A stretch of 64,000 nt of DNA from a bacterium (GTDB taxonomy: Bacteria > Bacteroidota > Ignavibacteria > Kapaibacteriales > Kapaibacteriaceae): assembly GCA_036834845.1 (NCBI GenBank), contig DAITNB010000005.1, positions 37,677-101,676 of the forward strand. The letters are read 5' to 3'. How positions within the stretch are numbered: the first letter of the stretch is position 1; each line of letters starts with the position of its first letter. Of the stretch, positions 20,091 to 29,254 are shown one piece after another. The position numbers and the translations under genes are program-made. Under the pieces are notes generated by a model. That model was not told where the DNA came from. It made no database searches and saw only the letters and a program-made list of their open reading frames with translations.

Positions 20091-20873
20091 CTACCACGAC
20101 AATTCGGATGGACGTTTCTTGCGGGAAGGGCTCGATACCTCCACAATCTCGCCACTGCGCATTCGAACAACTCTATCGGCCATATCTGCTATACCGGCGT
20201 TGTGCGTGATAAGCGCTACAGTGGTGTTGAGTTCGCGATGAATCTTCTCAATTACGTCTAACACCAAGATGCCCGTGGAAAAGTCTAATGCGCCTGTTGG
20301 TTCGTCGCACAACAACACGTCTGGACGTTTTGCAATGGCACGTGCTATCGCTACACGTTGTTGTTCGCCCCCTGACATTTGAGACGGGAAATGGTTCATT
20401 CGCTCGCCAAGACCCACCAAGTCGAGAGCGTCTTCTGCCTTCATCGGACTGTCTGCGATGTCTGTAACGAGGCGCACGTTTTCTAGCGCCGTTAGACTCG
20501 GAATGATATTATAGAACTGGAATACAAAGCCAACTGAATGACGGCGATACGCGGTTAGTTGCGCGTCCGTGGCGTTTGTGAGGTCTGTGTTGCGAAACCG
20601 CACGTGGCCACTCGAGGGAACGTCTAGCCCACCAAGAATATTCAGCAGAGTGGATTTTCCGCTACCGGAAGCGCCAAGGATTACAAGCAGTTCGCCACTT
20701 TCAATGGTGAGGGATACGTTTCGCAATGCCTGTACCGTTACCTCGCCCATCACGTACGTTTTTGTGATGCTGGATACTGCAAATATTGGGTTACTATGAT
20801 GCGCCGTGCTCTCCACAGGGGCGCAATGTACGCACGTACTTCGAGTGGGTTGCCATTCGGCACCTACATGCAC
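20091..20873 (-). CDS. ABC transporter ATP-binding protein (MacB/LolD-like)
   Basis: The Walker A is GASGSGKST. The signature is [15 protein letters not shown]. The Walker B is [11 protein letters not shown]. The ORF-track start is a GTG, and an internal GTG at 20816 is an alternative. Confidence 0.9.
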   Translation of the reverse strand: MHVGAEWQPTRSTCVHCAPVESTAHHSNPIFAVSSITKTYVMGEVTVQALRNVSLTIESGELLVILGASGSGKSTLLNILGGLDVPSSGHVRFRNTDLTNATDAQLTAYRRHSVGFVFQFYNIIPSLTALENVRLVTDIADSPMKAEDALDLVGLGERMNHFPSQMSGGEQQRVAIARAIAKRPDVLLCDEPTGALDFSTGILVLDVIEKIHRELNTTVALITHNAGIADMADRVVRMRSGEIVEVSSPSRKKRPSELSW

Positions 20874-21646
20874 TCGCGAATGGAAACATTGCCGTTGTGC
20901 TCTATCGTAATGTACTGCGATGGCTTATCGGTCCAACAGCCCGAGTTCAGGTAGCGAACATCATCCACCATGATGTCTATTGATCTGTGTGTGTGGCCGC
21001 AGAACACCACCTGCGCATTGTGCTTGCGCTTGCCATGCAGTGCGGCGTCGTGCCCTACCTTGTCGCTTAACCGTAACCACTTTTTGCTGGTTCGCTTAAC
21101 CCAGCGAGATGCACGATGTTTTGGATCGACTTTCTGAATAACAAGATACATCCAGGATGCAACGGCTGTTATAAGTGCGTGTTCGGTTATCCACTTATCA
21201 AACTGATGCCCGTGAATGGCAAGGTGGGTAACACCTGCATGCTCCCACACATACTCTTCGTGCACTGGTACCCCTAGCAGGTGTGTGAGTATCTCGGACA
21301 CTCCCCCATCGTGGTTTCCTACCACCCAAACTACATCGATGTTCTTTTTGGGATTGGACGTTTTGCGAATGAACGACAAAAACTTCCAGTCATCGCGCGT
21401 GAGTCTCTTAAAGTTGAGATCGTCAAACACGTCCCCGTTCAGTATGAGACGCTTGAACGTTAACATACGGAGGAGTTCTACAAGACGCTTCGAACGCGAA
21501 ACATCAGAGCCCAAATGAATGTCCGACACGATTACCGTGTCGAGGTCCACAGTATGTTCCACGTGGACGGGCTGAAGCTCTTCCTCTCGAAAGCTGTGTT
21601 CGCTATCTATCTGGTCGGGATCTGAAGGGTCGGAATGCATAGGCAT
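20864..21646 (-). CDS. Calcineurin-like metallophosphoesterase, LpxH (UDP-2,3-diacylglucosamine hydrolase)-like
   Basis: It has DIHLG...GDVFDD...GNHD...GHTH metallophosphatase motifs. I place the start at Met29 (21646) to avoid a 128-nt overlap with the upstream gene. Confidence 0.7.
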   Translation of the reverse strand: MPMHSDPSDPDQIDSEHSFREEELQPVHVEHTVDLDTVIVSDIHLGSDVSRSKRLVELLRMLTFKRLILNGDVFDDLNFKRLTRDDWKFLSFIRKTSNPKKNIDVVWVVGNHDGGVSEILTHLLGVPVHEEYVWEHAGVTHLAIHGHQFDKWITEHALITAVASWMYLVIQKVDPKHRASRWVKRTSKKWLRLSDKVGHDAALHGKRKHNAQVVFCGHTHRSIDIMVDDVRYLNSGCWTDKPSQYITIEHNGNVSIRECM

Positions 21647-22385
21647 GCTGAGCGAAGTAGTTCTTAGGAAACGCGTCTCCAATTCCATACGCCGTGGGTT
21701 TAGCTCCTTCTGGAAGGTGAGCCGTTCCAAAGATCCAATCCCACACCGCTAACTTCGTGGAAAAGTTGCGATTATGCGCTTCGTCATCAGTTGCATGGTG
21801 CCACCGGTGCATTTCCGGACCATTAATCACTCGCTGAAGCGCTCCGCTACGCACATCAATGTTTGAGTGAATGTACATGCCCCACACCGCATCAATACAA
21901 CCCTTGATAACCGCTACTTCTGGCGATGCGAAGAGAACGATAGGCAGAAACTCTACCGTTTGATTAATGAGAATTTCCAGCGAATGAGACCTGCTTCCAC
22001 TAAGCCAGTCCACATCGGCCGTGGAATGATGCGCCTCGTGTATCCGCCAGAGTATTGCGGACCTGTGCTGAAGTCGGTGAAACCAGTAGATGTAGAAGTC
22101 GTGCAGCACAAGGAAACCCACCACCTGCACCCAGAGTGGCAACGCCCGTATTGTTTCCACGCGAGAAATGGCTGTGGAGGAATCTATCCAGCCCAAAGCG
22201 CCAAAAATCACCAACCCCAAGACATAACTTTGCACCAATGTGTACCAGAAGAAATCATTGAAGAATCCTGGTCGGAACACTCGTTGCCCCTTCGTATACG
22301 GGAACACTCTTTCCAGCGCAATCAAAACAATTGCGCTTAGCATGGTGATGGCCAGAGTGGTATATGCCAAATGGTCCGATTGCAT
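21603..22385 (-). CDS. Fatty acid hydroxylase superfamily (sterol desaturase family) di-iron membrane enzyme
   Basis: Three histidine boxes are present: HDFYIYWFHRLQH, HEAHH and HRWHH. It has hydrophobic TM segments. Confidence 0.8.
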   Translation of the reverse strand: MQSDHLAYTTLAITMLSAIVLIALERVFPYTKGQRVFRPGFFNDFFWYTLVQSYVLGLVIFGALGWIDSSTAISRVETIRALPLWVQVVGFLVLHDFYIYWFHRLQHRSAILWRIHEAHHSTADVDWLSGSRSHSLEILINQTVEFLPIVLFASPEVAVIKGCIDAVWGMYIHSNIDVRSGALQRVINGPEMHRWHHATDDEAHNRNFSTKLAVWDWIFGTAHLPEGAKPTAYGIGDAFPKNYFAQHAYAFRPFRSRPDR

Positions 22386-23281
22386 CAGGCAGGAACTTCC
22401 AATGATTGGACGCGACGCAGCTTCTCGCGGGCACCCAGCTCACTTTCGTATACACGCTTTACACCATCACCGAGCGCGAGTTCGATATCACGTATGTCTC
22501 GAACGAGTCTTTCTAAACCGCCTAGTTCAACGCTTGCGGCTTGATCCGTTCCCCACATTGCTCGGTCGAGTGTGATATGCCGCTCTATAAACGCAGCACC
22601 CAATGCCACTGCTGCATACGTTGTGGCTAACCCTACTTCATGTCCGGAATAACCAATTGGGATTGCCGGATAAAGTTCACGGAGTGTTTCTATCATGCGC
22701 AGATTTAACTCCGAGGCCGGACATGGATAGCTGGATGTGCTATGAGCCACCAGCAACTCGTTCTCGTTTAGTTGGCTAATTGCCATTGTGATTTCTTCCA
22801 TCGTAGACATGCCGGTGGAGATCATAAGGGGCTTGCCTGTTTTCTGCATAGATCTCAGTAGCTCGACATCGGTAAGCGACGCCGACGCTGCTTTGTAAAA
22901 GGGTACGTTAAAGTGGTCTTCCATAAATGCCACTGCCTCTGCATCCCAGCAGGACACGGTCCAATCAATACCGAGTTCCTTGCAATAGGTGTCTATCTCC
23001 CGGTACTGCTCGGCCGTAAACTCAACCTTGTGTCGATAGTCGATATACGTCATCCTACCCCAAGGTGTATCGCGCTCCTTCATCCACTGGTCTTTAGGGA
23101 CACAAAGCTCTGGTGTGCGCTTTTGAAACTTTACACAATCCGCGCCGGCAGCGGCTGCCCCCTGAATCATCTTCTTGGCTACGTCTGCAGAGCCGTTGTG
23201 GTTGATGCCGATTTCGGAAATGATGTACACAGAACTACCGCCACCAATAGTGCGCGTTCCGATGTTGCGTGTTGCGGTCAT
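22385..23281 (-). CDS. NeuB-family (N-acylneuraminate / ulosonic acid) PEP-condensing synthase, TIM-barrel part only
   Basis: YIISEIGINHNGS, KFQK and GYSGHE fit the NeuB/PseI/SpsE TIM-barrel domain. At 298 aa it is too short for the C-terminal SAF domain. Confidence 0.8.
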   Translation of the reverse strand: MTATRNIGTRTIGGGSSVYIISEIGINHNGSADVAKKMIQGAAAAGADCVKFQKRTPELCVPKDQWMKERDTPWGRMTYIDYRHKVEFTAEQYREIDTYCKELGIDWTVSCWDAEAVAFMEDHFNVPFYKAASASLTDVELLRSMQKTGKPLMISTGMSTMEEITMAISQLNENELLVAHSTSSYPCPASELNLRMIETLRELYPAIPIGYSGHEVGLATTYAAVALGAAFIERHITLDRAMWGTDQAASVELGGLERLVRDIRDIELALGDGVKRVYESELGAREKLRRVQSLEVPA

Positions 23282-23335
23282 ACCTTCACCTTTGGGAATT
23301 GTGTAAGACGTAGTTGCTAATGTGAGAGAGGGGGC

Positions 23336-24142
23336 TTACCAGGTAGTAAAGCCACCGTCGACAATGAGGTTTGCGCCGGTCATGTAGGCCGATGCGTCGG
23401 ATGCTAGAAACACCACTGCACCGGCAAAGTCTGTCCTGCTTGCCATACGCTGCAGTGGGGTTCGTTTCGAATAGGCATCCACGAAATGGTTGTCTTGCGA
23501 GTTTTCAACGCCGCCGGGCGACAAGCAATTGGCTCGTACCCCCCTGCTACCCCAATACGTGGCGATGTATCGCGTAAGCTGCACTACGGCACCCTTACTT
23601 GTTGGGTACGCAGCGCTTTTGATAAACACCTGATCTCCGTCCGGCGTTTTGTAGAGGGATTGATCCGGAGCAACAACTCCGTATGTAGAAGCGATGTTGA
23701 TGATTGAACCACGACCACTCCTTGCCATTACGCTGCCAAGTGTTCTGCTCATGAGGAAGATGCCCGTGACGTTTACATCCAGCACCTTGCGGAAGAGCGC
23801 CGTTGGATAGGTTTCGAGTCCGATCGGAGAAGTTGTAAGGGCGTTCTCCACCGCATCGTTCAGTGCGGCGTTGTTTACCAGTACGTCTACCCGACCATGC
23901 TCTTCGATGATCCTGTCTCGCAGTTCGCCAACGCTGTCTTCGTCCGTAACATCTAATGCCACGCCAACATGGCCTACCCCAAGCCCTACGGCAACGTGTT
24001 CTGCTGCCTTCGCGGACAGGTCGCACGCATAAACAATAGCCCCTGCTTGGGCCAAGGCATTACAGTGTTCGCGTCCCAACAATCCTGCGGCGCCGGTTAC
24101 CACGGCAACGCGTCCATCGAGTCTGAATCTCTCTCCGCTCAT
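23336..24142 (-). CDS. Short-chain dehydrogenase/reductase (SDR)
   Basis: The Rossmann motif VTGAAGLLG is present. An NNAA motif and a YxxxK region are present. Confidence 0.85.
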   Translation of the reverse strand: MSGERFRLDGRVAVVTGAAGLLGREHCNALAQAGAIVYACDLSAKAAEHVAVGLGVGHVGVALDVTDEDSVGELRDRIIEEHGRVDVLVNNAALNDAVENALTTSPIGLETYPTALFRKVLDVNVTGIFLMSRTLGSVMARSGRGSIINIASTYGVVAPDQSLYKTPDGDQVFIKSAAYPTSKGAVVQLTRYIATYWGSRGVRANCLSPGGVENSQDNHFVDAYSKRTPLQRMASRTDFAGAVVFLASDASAYMTGANLIVDGGFTTW

Positions 24143-25470
24143 CGTAGTTCCGTAGATAGACGTGGCTTGGTGTTAAAGTTTCCTGTTTTGCGGAACACCG
24201 GCTCCATCGGTGCACCTCGCAGCATATCTGCCACAGTGCGATGTACCACTCCCTGGTGGAGCATGGGAATTACTTCCCTGAATGCATCAAGCGTGAGCGC
24301 CAGGTCTTCTACTGTGTGGGCGTAGGACAGCGTTTGGAAGCCACCCCAGAGGATGCCAAACCGCAGAAATTCCTGCTGAACCAGAGACTTTGCCATGAGT
24401 GGGTCTACAGCTCGTTCATCGAACTTGAGCATGGTGCGTGCACCCAGTCCGCGCACGCTGATGTAGTCTGCTGCCTCGTGTGCAATAATCTCTTCGATCC
24501 CGCTCCGCAATAGGTTGCCTGCTTCTTCTACTCTGAGCGGTACGTCGTGTTCGCGCAGGAATGTTACGGTTGCCTTTGCAGCAGCCAGTGAGAGGGCTTC
24601 GCCGCCAAAGGTTGTGAAAAAGAACACGTCTTTCTCGCAGAGTCGCATAATGTCTGCGCGACCAGTAAGAACAGACAAAGGCATTCCATTCGCTATTGCC
24701 TTCGAGAAACACGCCAGGTCTGCCGCAACACCAAACCGTTCCTGCGCGCCCCCTACTGCCAAACGAAACCCTGTCCACATCTCGTCGAAGATTAACACGA
24801 TACCCCGGGCCGTGCACAATTCACGAACCTCGCGGAGATAATTGTCTTCCGGTTGCTCGAACACCATGGGTTCGAGAATCACCGCAGCGGTGTCTTCGTC
24901 GATGGCACGGTGCAAGCTTTCGATGTTATTGTATTCGAATGTGTAGGTAAGGTCTCGCGTGCTTTGAGGAATGCCCATGTTTCGGTCTGTGGTGCCCACG
25001 AACCAATCGTGCCAGCCATGATAGCCGCAGCAGAGCACGGTAGACTTCCCGGTGTACGCACGCGCCAAACGAATGGCGGCGCTTGTTACATCGCAGCCCG
25101 TCTTTGAATAACGCACCATCTCAGCGTTCGGAATAACGGTGTTGAGAAGCTCGGCAACCTCTACTTCTAGGGGATGCATCAACGAGAACGTGATGCCATC
25201 GCGAAGCTGTTTCTCAATGGCTTTGTCTACAACTTCATGACCGTAACCGAGAAGGAGCGGACCCACAGCCATGGTGTAGTCGAGATACCTATTGCCGTCT
25301 ACATCCCAAATATGAGCCCCCTTTGCACGCTGTGCGTATACAGGAGCAACGCCGCGAACATGTTGTCCGGGACCCTTTGCAAGCGTTTGCGTTTGCGCTG
25401 GAATTCGTAACTCGGCCCGCCGTAGAATGTCCAGCGACGAAACGATTGACGGGTACTGAAGTTCAGGCAT
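24139..25470 (-). CDS. Class-III aminotransferase, glutamate-1-semialdehyde aminomutase-like
   Basis: Alignable GSA-AT-like blocks include GYGHEVVDKA, LCCGYHGWHDW and FDEMWTGFR. I place the start at Met52 (25470), 2 nt after the transketolase-C stop. The ORF track extends to 25623. Confidence 0.8.
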   Translation of the reverse strand: MPELQYPSIVSSLDILRRAELRIPAQTQTLAKGPGQHVRGVAPVYAQRAKGAHIWDVDGNRYLDYTMAVGPLLLGYGHEVVDKAIEKQLRDGITFSLMHPLEVEVAELLNTVIPNAEMVRYSKTGCDVTSAAIRLARAYTGKSTVLCCGYHGWHDWFVGTTDRNMGIPQSTRDLTYTFEYNNIESLHRAIDEDTAAVILEPMVFEQPEDNYLREVRELCTARGIVLIFDEMWTGFRLAVGGAQERFGVAADLACFSKAIANGMPLSVLTGRADIMRLCEKDVFFFTTFGGEALSLAAAKATVTFLREHDVPLRVEEAGNLLRSGIEEIIAHEAADYISVRGLGARTMLKFDERAVDPLMAKSLVQQEFLRFGILWGGFQTLSYAHTVEDLALTLDAFREVIPMLHQGVVHRTVADMLRGAPMEPVFRKTGNFNTKPRLSTELR

Positions 25471-26410
25471 GAACGGCCTCGGCATGATGAAGGGGTAAGG
25501 TCTGAAGTCGGCCCTGGATAGTCTCAGCCACATGGTCTCCACGCAGCTTCTCATTATCCAACACGTCTGCCAGCAACCCTGGAGTGAACCACGTGTTGAG
25601 AGCAATTGGAAGCACATCGGCAACTTCGGCGTGGTTCATCAGTGTCTCGGCCACAATGGTTGCCAACCCGCCAGCTCTGAAATGATCTTCGAGCGTTACA
25701 ACAAGACGCGAATTTCTTGTAGCGCGGAGTATCATGGCTTCGTCTACAGGAGACAACATCCGCATGTTAACTACACACACAGATACTCCCTCGGATGCCA
25801 GAAGCGCAGCGGCATGGACTGCTTGGCGAACCAGTGTTCCGTAGGTAAGAATGGTAACTGTTGCAACCTCGGGGTCGATGTCTGAGACGATCTCTGCAAC
25901 GCCAAGCGCAAATGTGTTGCTGTGACCTACCGCAGATGGCAGGTTTGTATATCGAACGTACGTTGGTTTACCACTGCGCACAATGTGCGGAAGTCCAATT
26001 ATCATATCGTCTTCGTCTGCCGGACAAAACACGTGCACGTTTGGAATGCCTCTCATTATTGCCACGTCTTCTATGGCCTGATGCGTAGGACCATTGGCAT
26101 CACTCAGTACTCCTGGCACCATTCCCACCATTATCACCGGCAAAGATGAAATCCCTACGTCATCGCGAATAAACTCGAAGGCACGTAGCGTAAGGAATGC
26201 GGCAAGCGCATGAGTAAAAACAACCCTGCCCCGCGACGCCAGGCCTGCAGCCACTCCTATCATGGTTTGCTCTGCAATACCTACGTCTACGAATCTGCTT
26301 CCGAGAAGGGGCGGAATGTTGCGCATGTGTCCGCGATTCTCGGCAGTGAGAATAACCACGCGTTTGTCTGTGCGCACAGTTTCGAGGAGAAAACGTTCGT
26401 AAGGTATCAT
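25463..26410 (-). CDS. Transketolase C-terminal section (pyrimidine-binding and C-terminal domains)
   Basis: FVDVGIAEQTMIGVAAGLA and GPTHQAIEDVAIMRGIPN are transketolase pyrimidine-domain motifs. Confidence 0.85.
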   Translation of the reverse strand: MIPYERFLLETVRTDKRVVILTAENRGHMRNIPPLLGSRFVDVGIAEQTMIGVAAGLASRGRVVFTHALAAFLTLRAFEFIRDDVGISSLPVIMVGMVPGVLSDANGPTHQAIEDVAIMRGIPNVHVFCPADEDDMIIGLPHIVRSGKPTYVRYTNLPSAVGHSNTFALGVAEIVSDIDPEVATVTILTYGTLVRQAVHAAALLASEGVSVCVVNMRMLSPVDEAMILRATRNSRLVVTLEDHFRAGGLATIVAETLMNHAEVADVLPIALNTWFTPGLLADVLDNEKLRGDHVAETIQGRLQTLPLHHAEAVHA

Positions 26411-27264
26411 CGAACAATGAGTGTTTCTGAATAAAGTTCAGCATTGCCGTTGCCGTGCAGTTCTTCTATCAACGCCACAACTTCTTCGTTGGTAAAGTTG
26501 CAGAACCAGCGGTCTGCCCTGTCCGTAATACTCGCCACGCCCCTTCCCCGCTGCGTGTCGGCTATAACTACCGTGGGAGCGCCGTTGCACGCCGGCACCG
26601 AACGGAAGGTTTCGTCCATGTCCGAGAAGTTGTGACCGTCGCAACGGAGCACGTTCCATCCAAACGCTTCAAACTTTGTAGAAAGTGGCTCGAGAGGAAT
26701 AAGCTCTTCTGTTCGCATGTTGGCTTGGAACAAGTTGCGGTCTACTATTGCCACAAGGTTGTCTATTCCGTGTGCAGAAGCAACAAGGCATGCTTCCCAG
26801 ATGCTTCCTTCGTTCAACTCGCCGTCTCCCAACACAACAACAACGCGCGCATCGGACCCGGTGATCCTCATGTCGAGGGCCATTCCCATGCCTACGCTGA
26901 GTAAGTGACCCAGTGAACCGGAGTGAAACTCCACACCGGGTATCGCTCTATTGGGGTGCCAGTAGATATGATCGCGTACGGAGAGATGATTCTTCAGTCG
27001 GTCTACTTCGATGTACCCCAGTTCGGCAAGCACACCATAAAGTGCAGGCACGTCATGCCCCTTCGATAACAACAGAACGTCGCGGTCTGCACTGGCAATT
27101 GTCTCCGGCGCAATGCGCAGATACCTTGTGTAGAGGAACACGAGTATATCTGCACACGAAAGAGATGCACCTGCAAAACATCCGCCGTTTGTAGACATTC
27201 GAAGGATGTGTTCCCGCACGCGAAGAGCTATGCGTGGGAGTTCCGAGATGGGAGTTGCTGCCAT
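26407..27264 (-). CDS. Transketolase N-terminal section (TPP-binding)
   Basis: The TPP motif region is GSLGHLLSVGMGMALD...LGDGELNEGSIWEA. Confidence 0.85.
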   Translation of the reverse strand: MAATPISELPRIALRVREHILRMSTNGGCFAGASLSCADILVFLYTRYLRIAPETIASADRDVLLLSKGHDVPALYGVLAELGYIEVDRLKNHLSVRDHIYWHPNRAIPGVEFHSGSLGHLLSVGMGMALDMRITGSDARVVVVLGDGELNEGSIWEACLVASAHGIDNLVAIVDRNLFQANMRTEELIPLEPLSTKFEAFGWNVLRCDGHNFSDMDETFRSVPACNGAPTVVIADTQRGRGVASITDRADRWFCNFTNEEVVALIEELHGNGNAELYSETLIVR

Positions 27265-28082
27265 GCGTCCAGTGGGGATATGTGATCGAACTGTCGGACC
27301 GTTGAGGGATCGATGGTTTTAAGCTCGGGCAAGTGATGCCGGTACCAACTCACTCCGTTCAGGTGGGCGTTAACGGACGCTATCTCCGGATGCTCTGCAA
27401 GTAGAGCTAGTATCTTCTCGGTAGAGAAGTTTTGGTCCTGTGGAAACAGCTGGTCGTACACCGCCTTAGCAAACACATAGTCTTCCGGGTAGTCAATTGT
27501 CCAACGATGCGTAGCGCTTAGGTCCACCCCACCGGGCATCAATACGTTGGCGGTACGCACTGCGGGATTGGCATTCCACATCCAAGGTGTGGTGTGCTCG
27601 CGCTCGAATGGTGCCTCTGCAGCATACCACGCTCGTTCCAGAACGCGCATGCTCATCACCTCCACATCGTTGCCATCCGGCCACGACGGAGGATGAAGGT
27701 TGCTCACAAAATCAACTGCTCCGTCGGCGTCTAGATATGTCGCAATTACGGTATCAATAATCGCCGGGTCGATGAGTGGACAATCCGAGGGCACCTTTAC
27801 CACCACGTCTGCGCCGTAGGCCATAGCAGCGCGGTAGTGACGGTCTAACAAATCGTTTTCGTGTCCACGATAAACGTCCATCTTCATCTGGCTGCACAGC
27901 TCCACGATACCTTCATCGGAGCTGTTTTGGGTTGTGGCTACAACCACGCGGGTAGCTAGAGTACTGCGAGTAACTCTCTCGATGAATCTTCGGAGAAGGG
28001 GCTGTCCGGCAAGCGGGAGCATCACCTTTCGTGGCAGTCGTGTAGATCCAATGCGTGCCTGACATACAATGAGTATTCGCAT
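27228..28082 (-). CDS. Cytidylyltransferase (acylneuraminate cytidylyltransferase / SpsF / KdsB-like)
   Basis: The N-terminus MRILIVCQARIGSTRLPRKVMLPLAGQPLL is the signature of the CMP-sugar synthetase family. The gene overlaps the transketolase-N start by 37 nt. Confidence 0.8.
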   Translation of the reverse strand: MRILIVCQARIGSTRLPRKVMLPLAGQPLLRRFIERVTRSTLATRVVVATTQNSSDEGIVELCSQMKMDVYRGHENDLLDRHYRAAMAYGADVVVKVPSDCPLIDPAIIDTVIATYLDADGAVDFVSNLHPPSWPDGNDVEVMSMRVLERAWYAAEAPFEREHTTPWMWNANPAVRTANVLMPGGVDLSATHRWTIDYPEDYVFAKAVYDQLFPQDQNFSTEKILALLAEHPEIASVNAHLNGVSWYRHHLPELKTIDPSTVRQFDHISPLDAWQQLPSRNSHA

Positions 28083-28086
28083 GTTG

Positions 28087-29109
28087 CTACGATGCCTTCC
28101 GAACTGATGAAGGAGGAACAGAAACTCTTATAGGAGAAGCAAGTGCGCGGAGTACTTCTTCACAAACCTCTGCGATGTTTGCTGCCGAGCGTCCACCATT
28201 TTGAATTGGACATAACTCGCGGAGTGTTTCCATGGGAAAATCGCTGTACACGGTTTTGCCCAGAGCAATACCCACGTAGGCACAGGACGAGTACTTGGTA
28301 ACCAAGGTGTTGCAATGAGCAATCATGGGTTCTATTGGCCTACCATGATACACCAGCGCTTCCGGTGCCCAACGCTGAATCTCTAGAACGGCACGCTCGA
28401 TATTTTCATTTGGATGGAGCTTAAATATCAGTTGTCTATCTGCCGCAATACGTCTAGCTCTCTCGATGGTCCACTTACGGTTTTCCATTTTGAATGTCTC
28501 ACGAGCGTCGCTTGTAGCAACTAACACATAGTTGCGATGTTCGAACGGCGTGCTGTGAAACTCCGCGCAATTGTCGAAGTTCGGAATGCCTGTTACGCTG
28601 ATCTTCTCACGCCGTGCCCCCTTCCTCACAAAGAGGTCGCGATACCCCTCGGATGCCACACACATGCGCACGTATGCATCAGACAAACCGAAGGTAGATG
28701 TTGAAGCAAGGTACCGCGGCAGACCCAGGTACTTAACGAGGTAGTACGCCATGTTTTCGGGGTCGGTCATCCCCTCCTGCACCAACACTACTCTGCCATG
28801 GCGTATGTTTCTGGGTACGATGAGATCGCTGCATGTAACCACCAAGTCGTAGTGGTGCTGCATACCGCGGTAGTCTATATTCTTGTTTTGACTCTCCAGA
28901 TATGCAAGAGCTCGGTTCTGATGTCCAATTCCGGCTACGGTCCACTCGATAAGTCTGCTTCTTTCGAGCACCTCTACCCAGCCGTCCGTATAATGTGGGG
29001 TGAACCAACAATCGTGATGCTCGAGGAAGGCAGCAATCTTCACCATCATGGTGGTTTGGTTCATCGAGCCGCATATAAAGAGTATGCGATTCCGTTGTGC
29101 AGTAGGCAT
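28087..29109 (-). CDS. GT-B-fold protein of unclear function (PseG/MurG-like or capsule-biosynthesis-like). First gene of the string.
   Basis: The N-terminal Rossmann-like ILFICGSMNQTTMM points to a GT-B fold. No catalytic signature is recognisable, so the call rests on context. Confidence 0.35.
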   Translation of the reverse strand: MPTAQRNRILFICGSMNQTTMMVKIAAFLEHHDCWFTPHYTDGWVEVLERSRLIEWTVAGIGHQNRALAYLESQNKNIDYRGMQHHYDLVVTCSDLIVPRNIRHGRVVLVQEGMTDPENMAYYLVKYLGLPRYLASTSTFGLSDAYVRMCVASEGYRDLFVRKGARREKISVTGIPNFDNCAEFHSTPFEHRNYVLVATSDARETFKMENRKWTIERARRIAADRQLIFKLHPNENIERAVLEIQRWAPEALVYHGRPIEPMIAHCNTLVTKYSSCAYVGIALGKTVYSDFPMETLRELCPIQNGGRSAANIAEVCEEVLRALASPIRVSVPPSSVRKAS

Positions 29110-29254
29110 AATGTGCGAATCTCAACACGGCGTATCACGTCTGTATAACGAACGTGTGAAGGAATCGTACGGCGATAACTCTAATACTATCAGCGAACTA
29201 CACGTTTCTCCACAAGAACGTTGACGCACGTAGCCAAGCAACGTAACACTGGCA

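Noticed and set aside
24139-25623. 494-aa version of the aminotransferase (ORF-track start at 25623)
   Set aside because: The first ~50 residues (Cys/Trp-rich) overlap the transketolase-C gene by up to 160 nt and lack homology. Met52 at 25470 gives a canonical ~443-aa class-III aminotransferase with a 2-nt gap.
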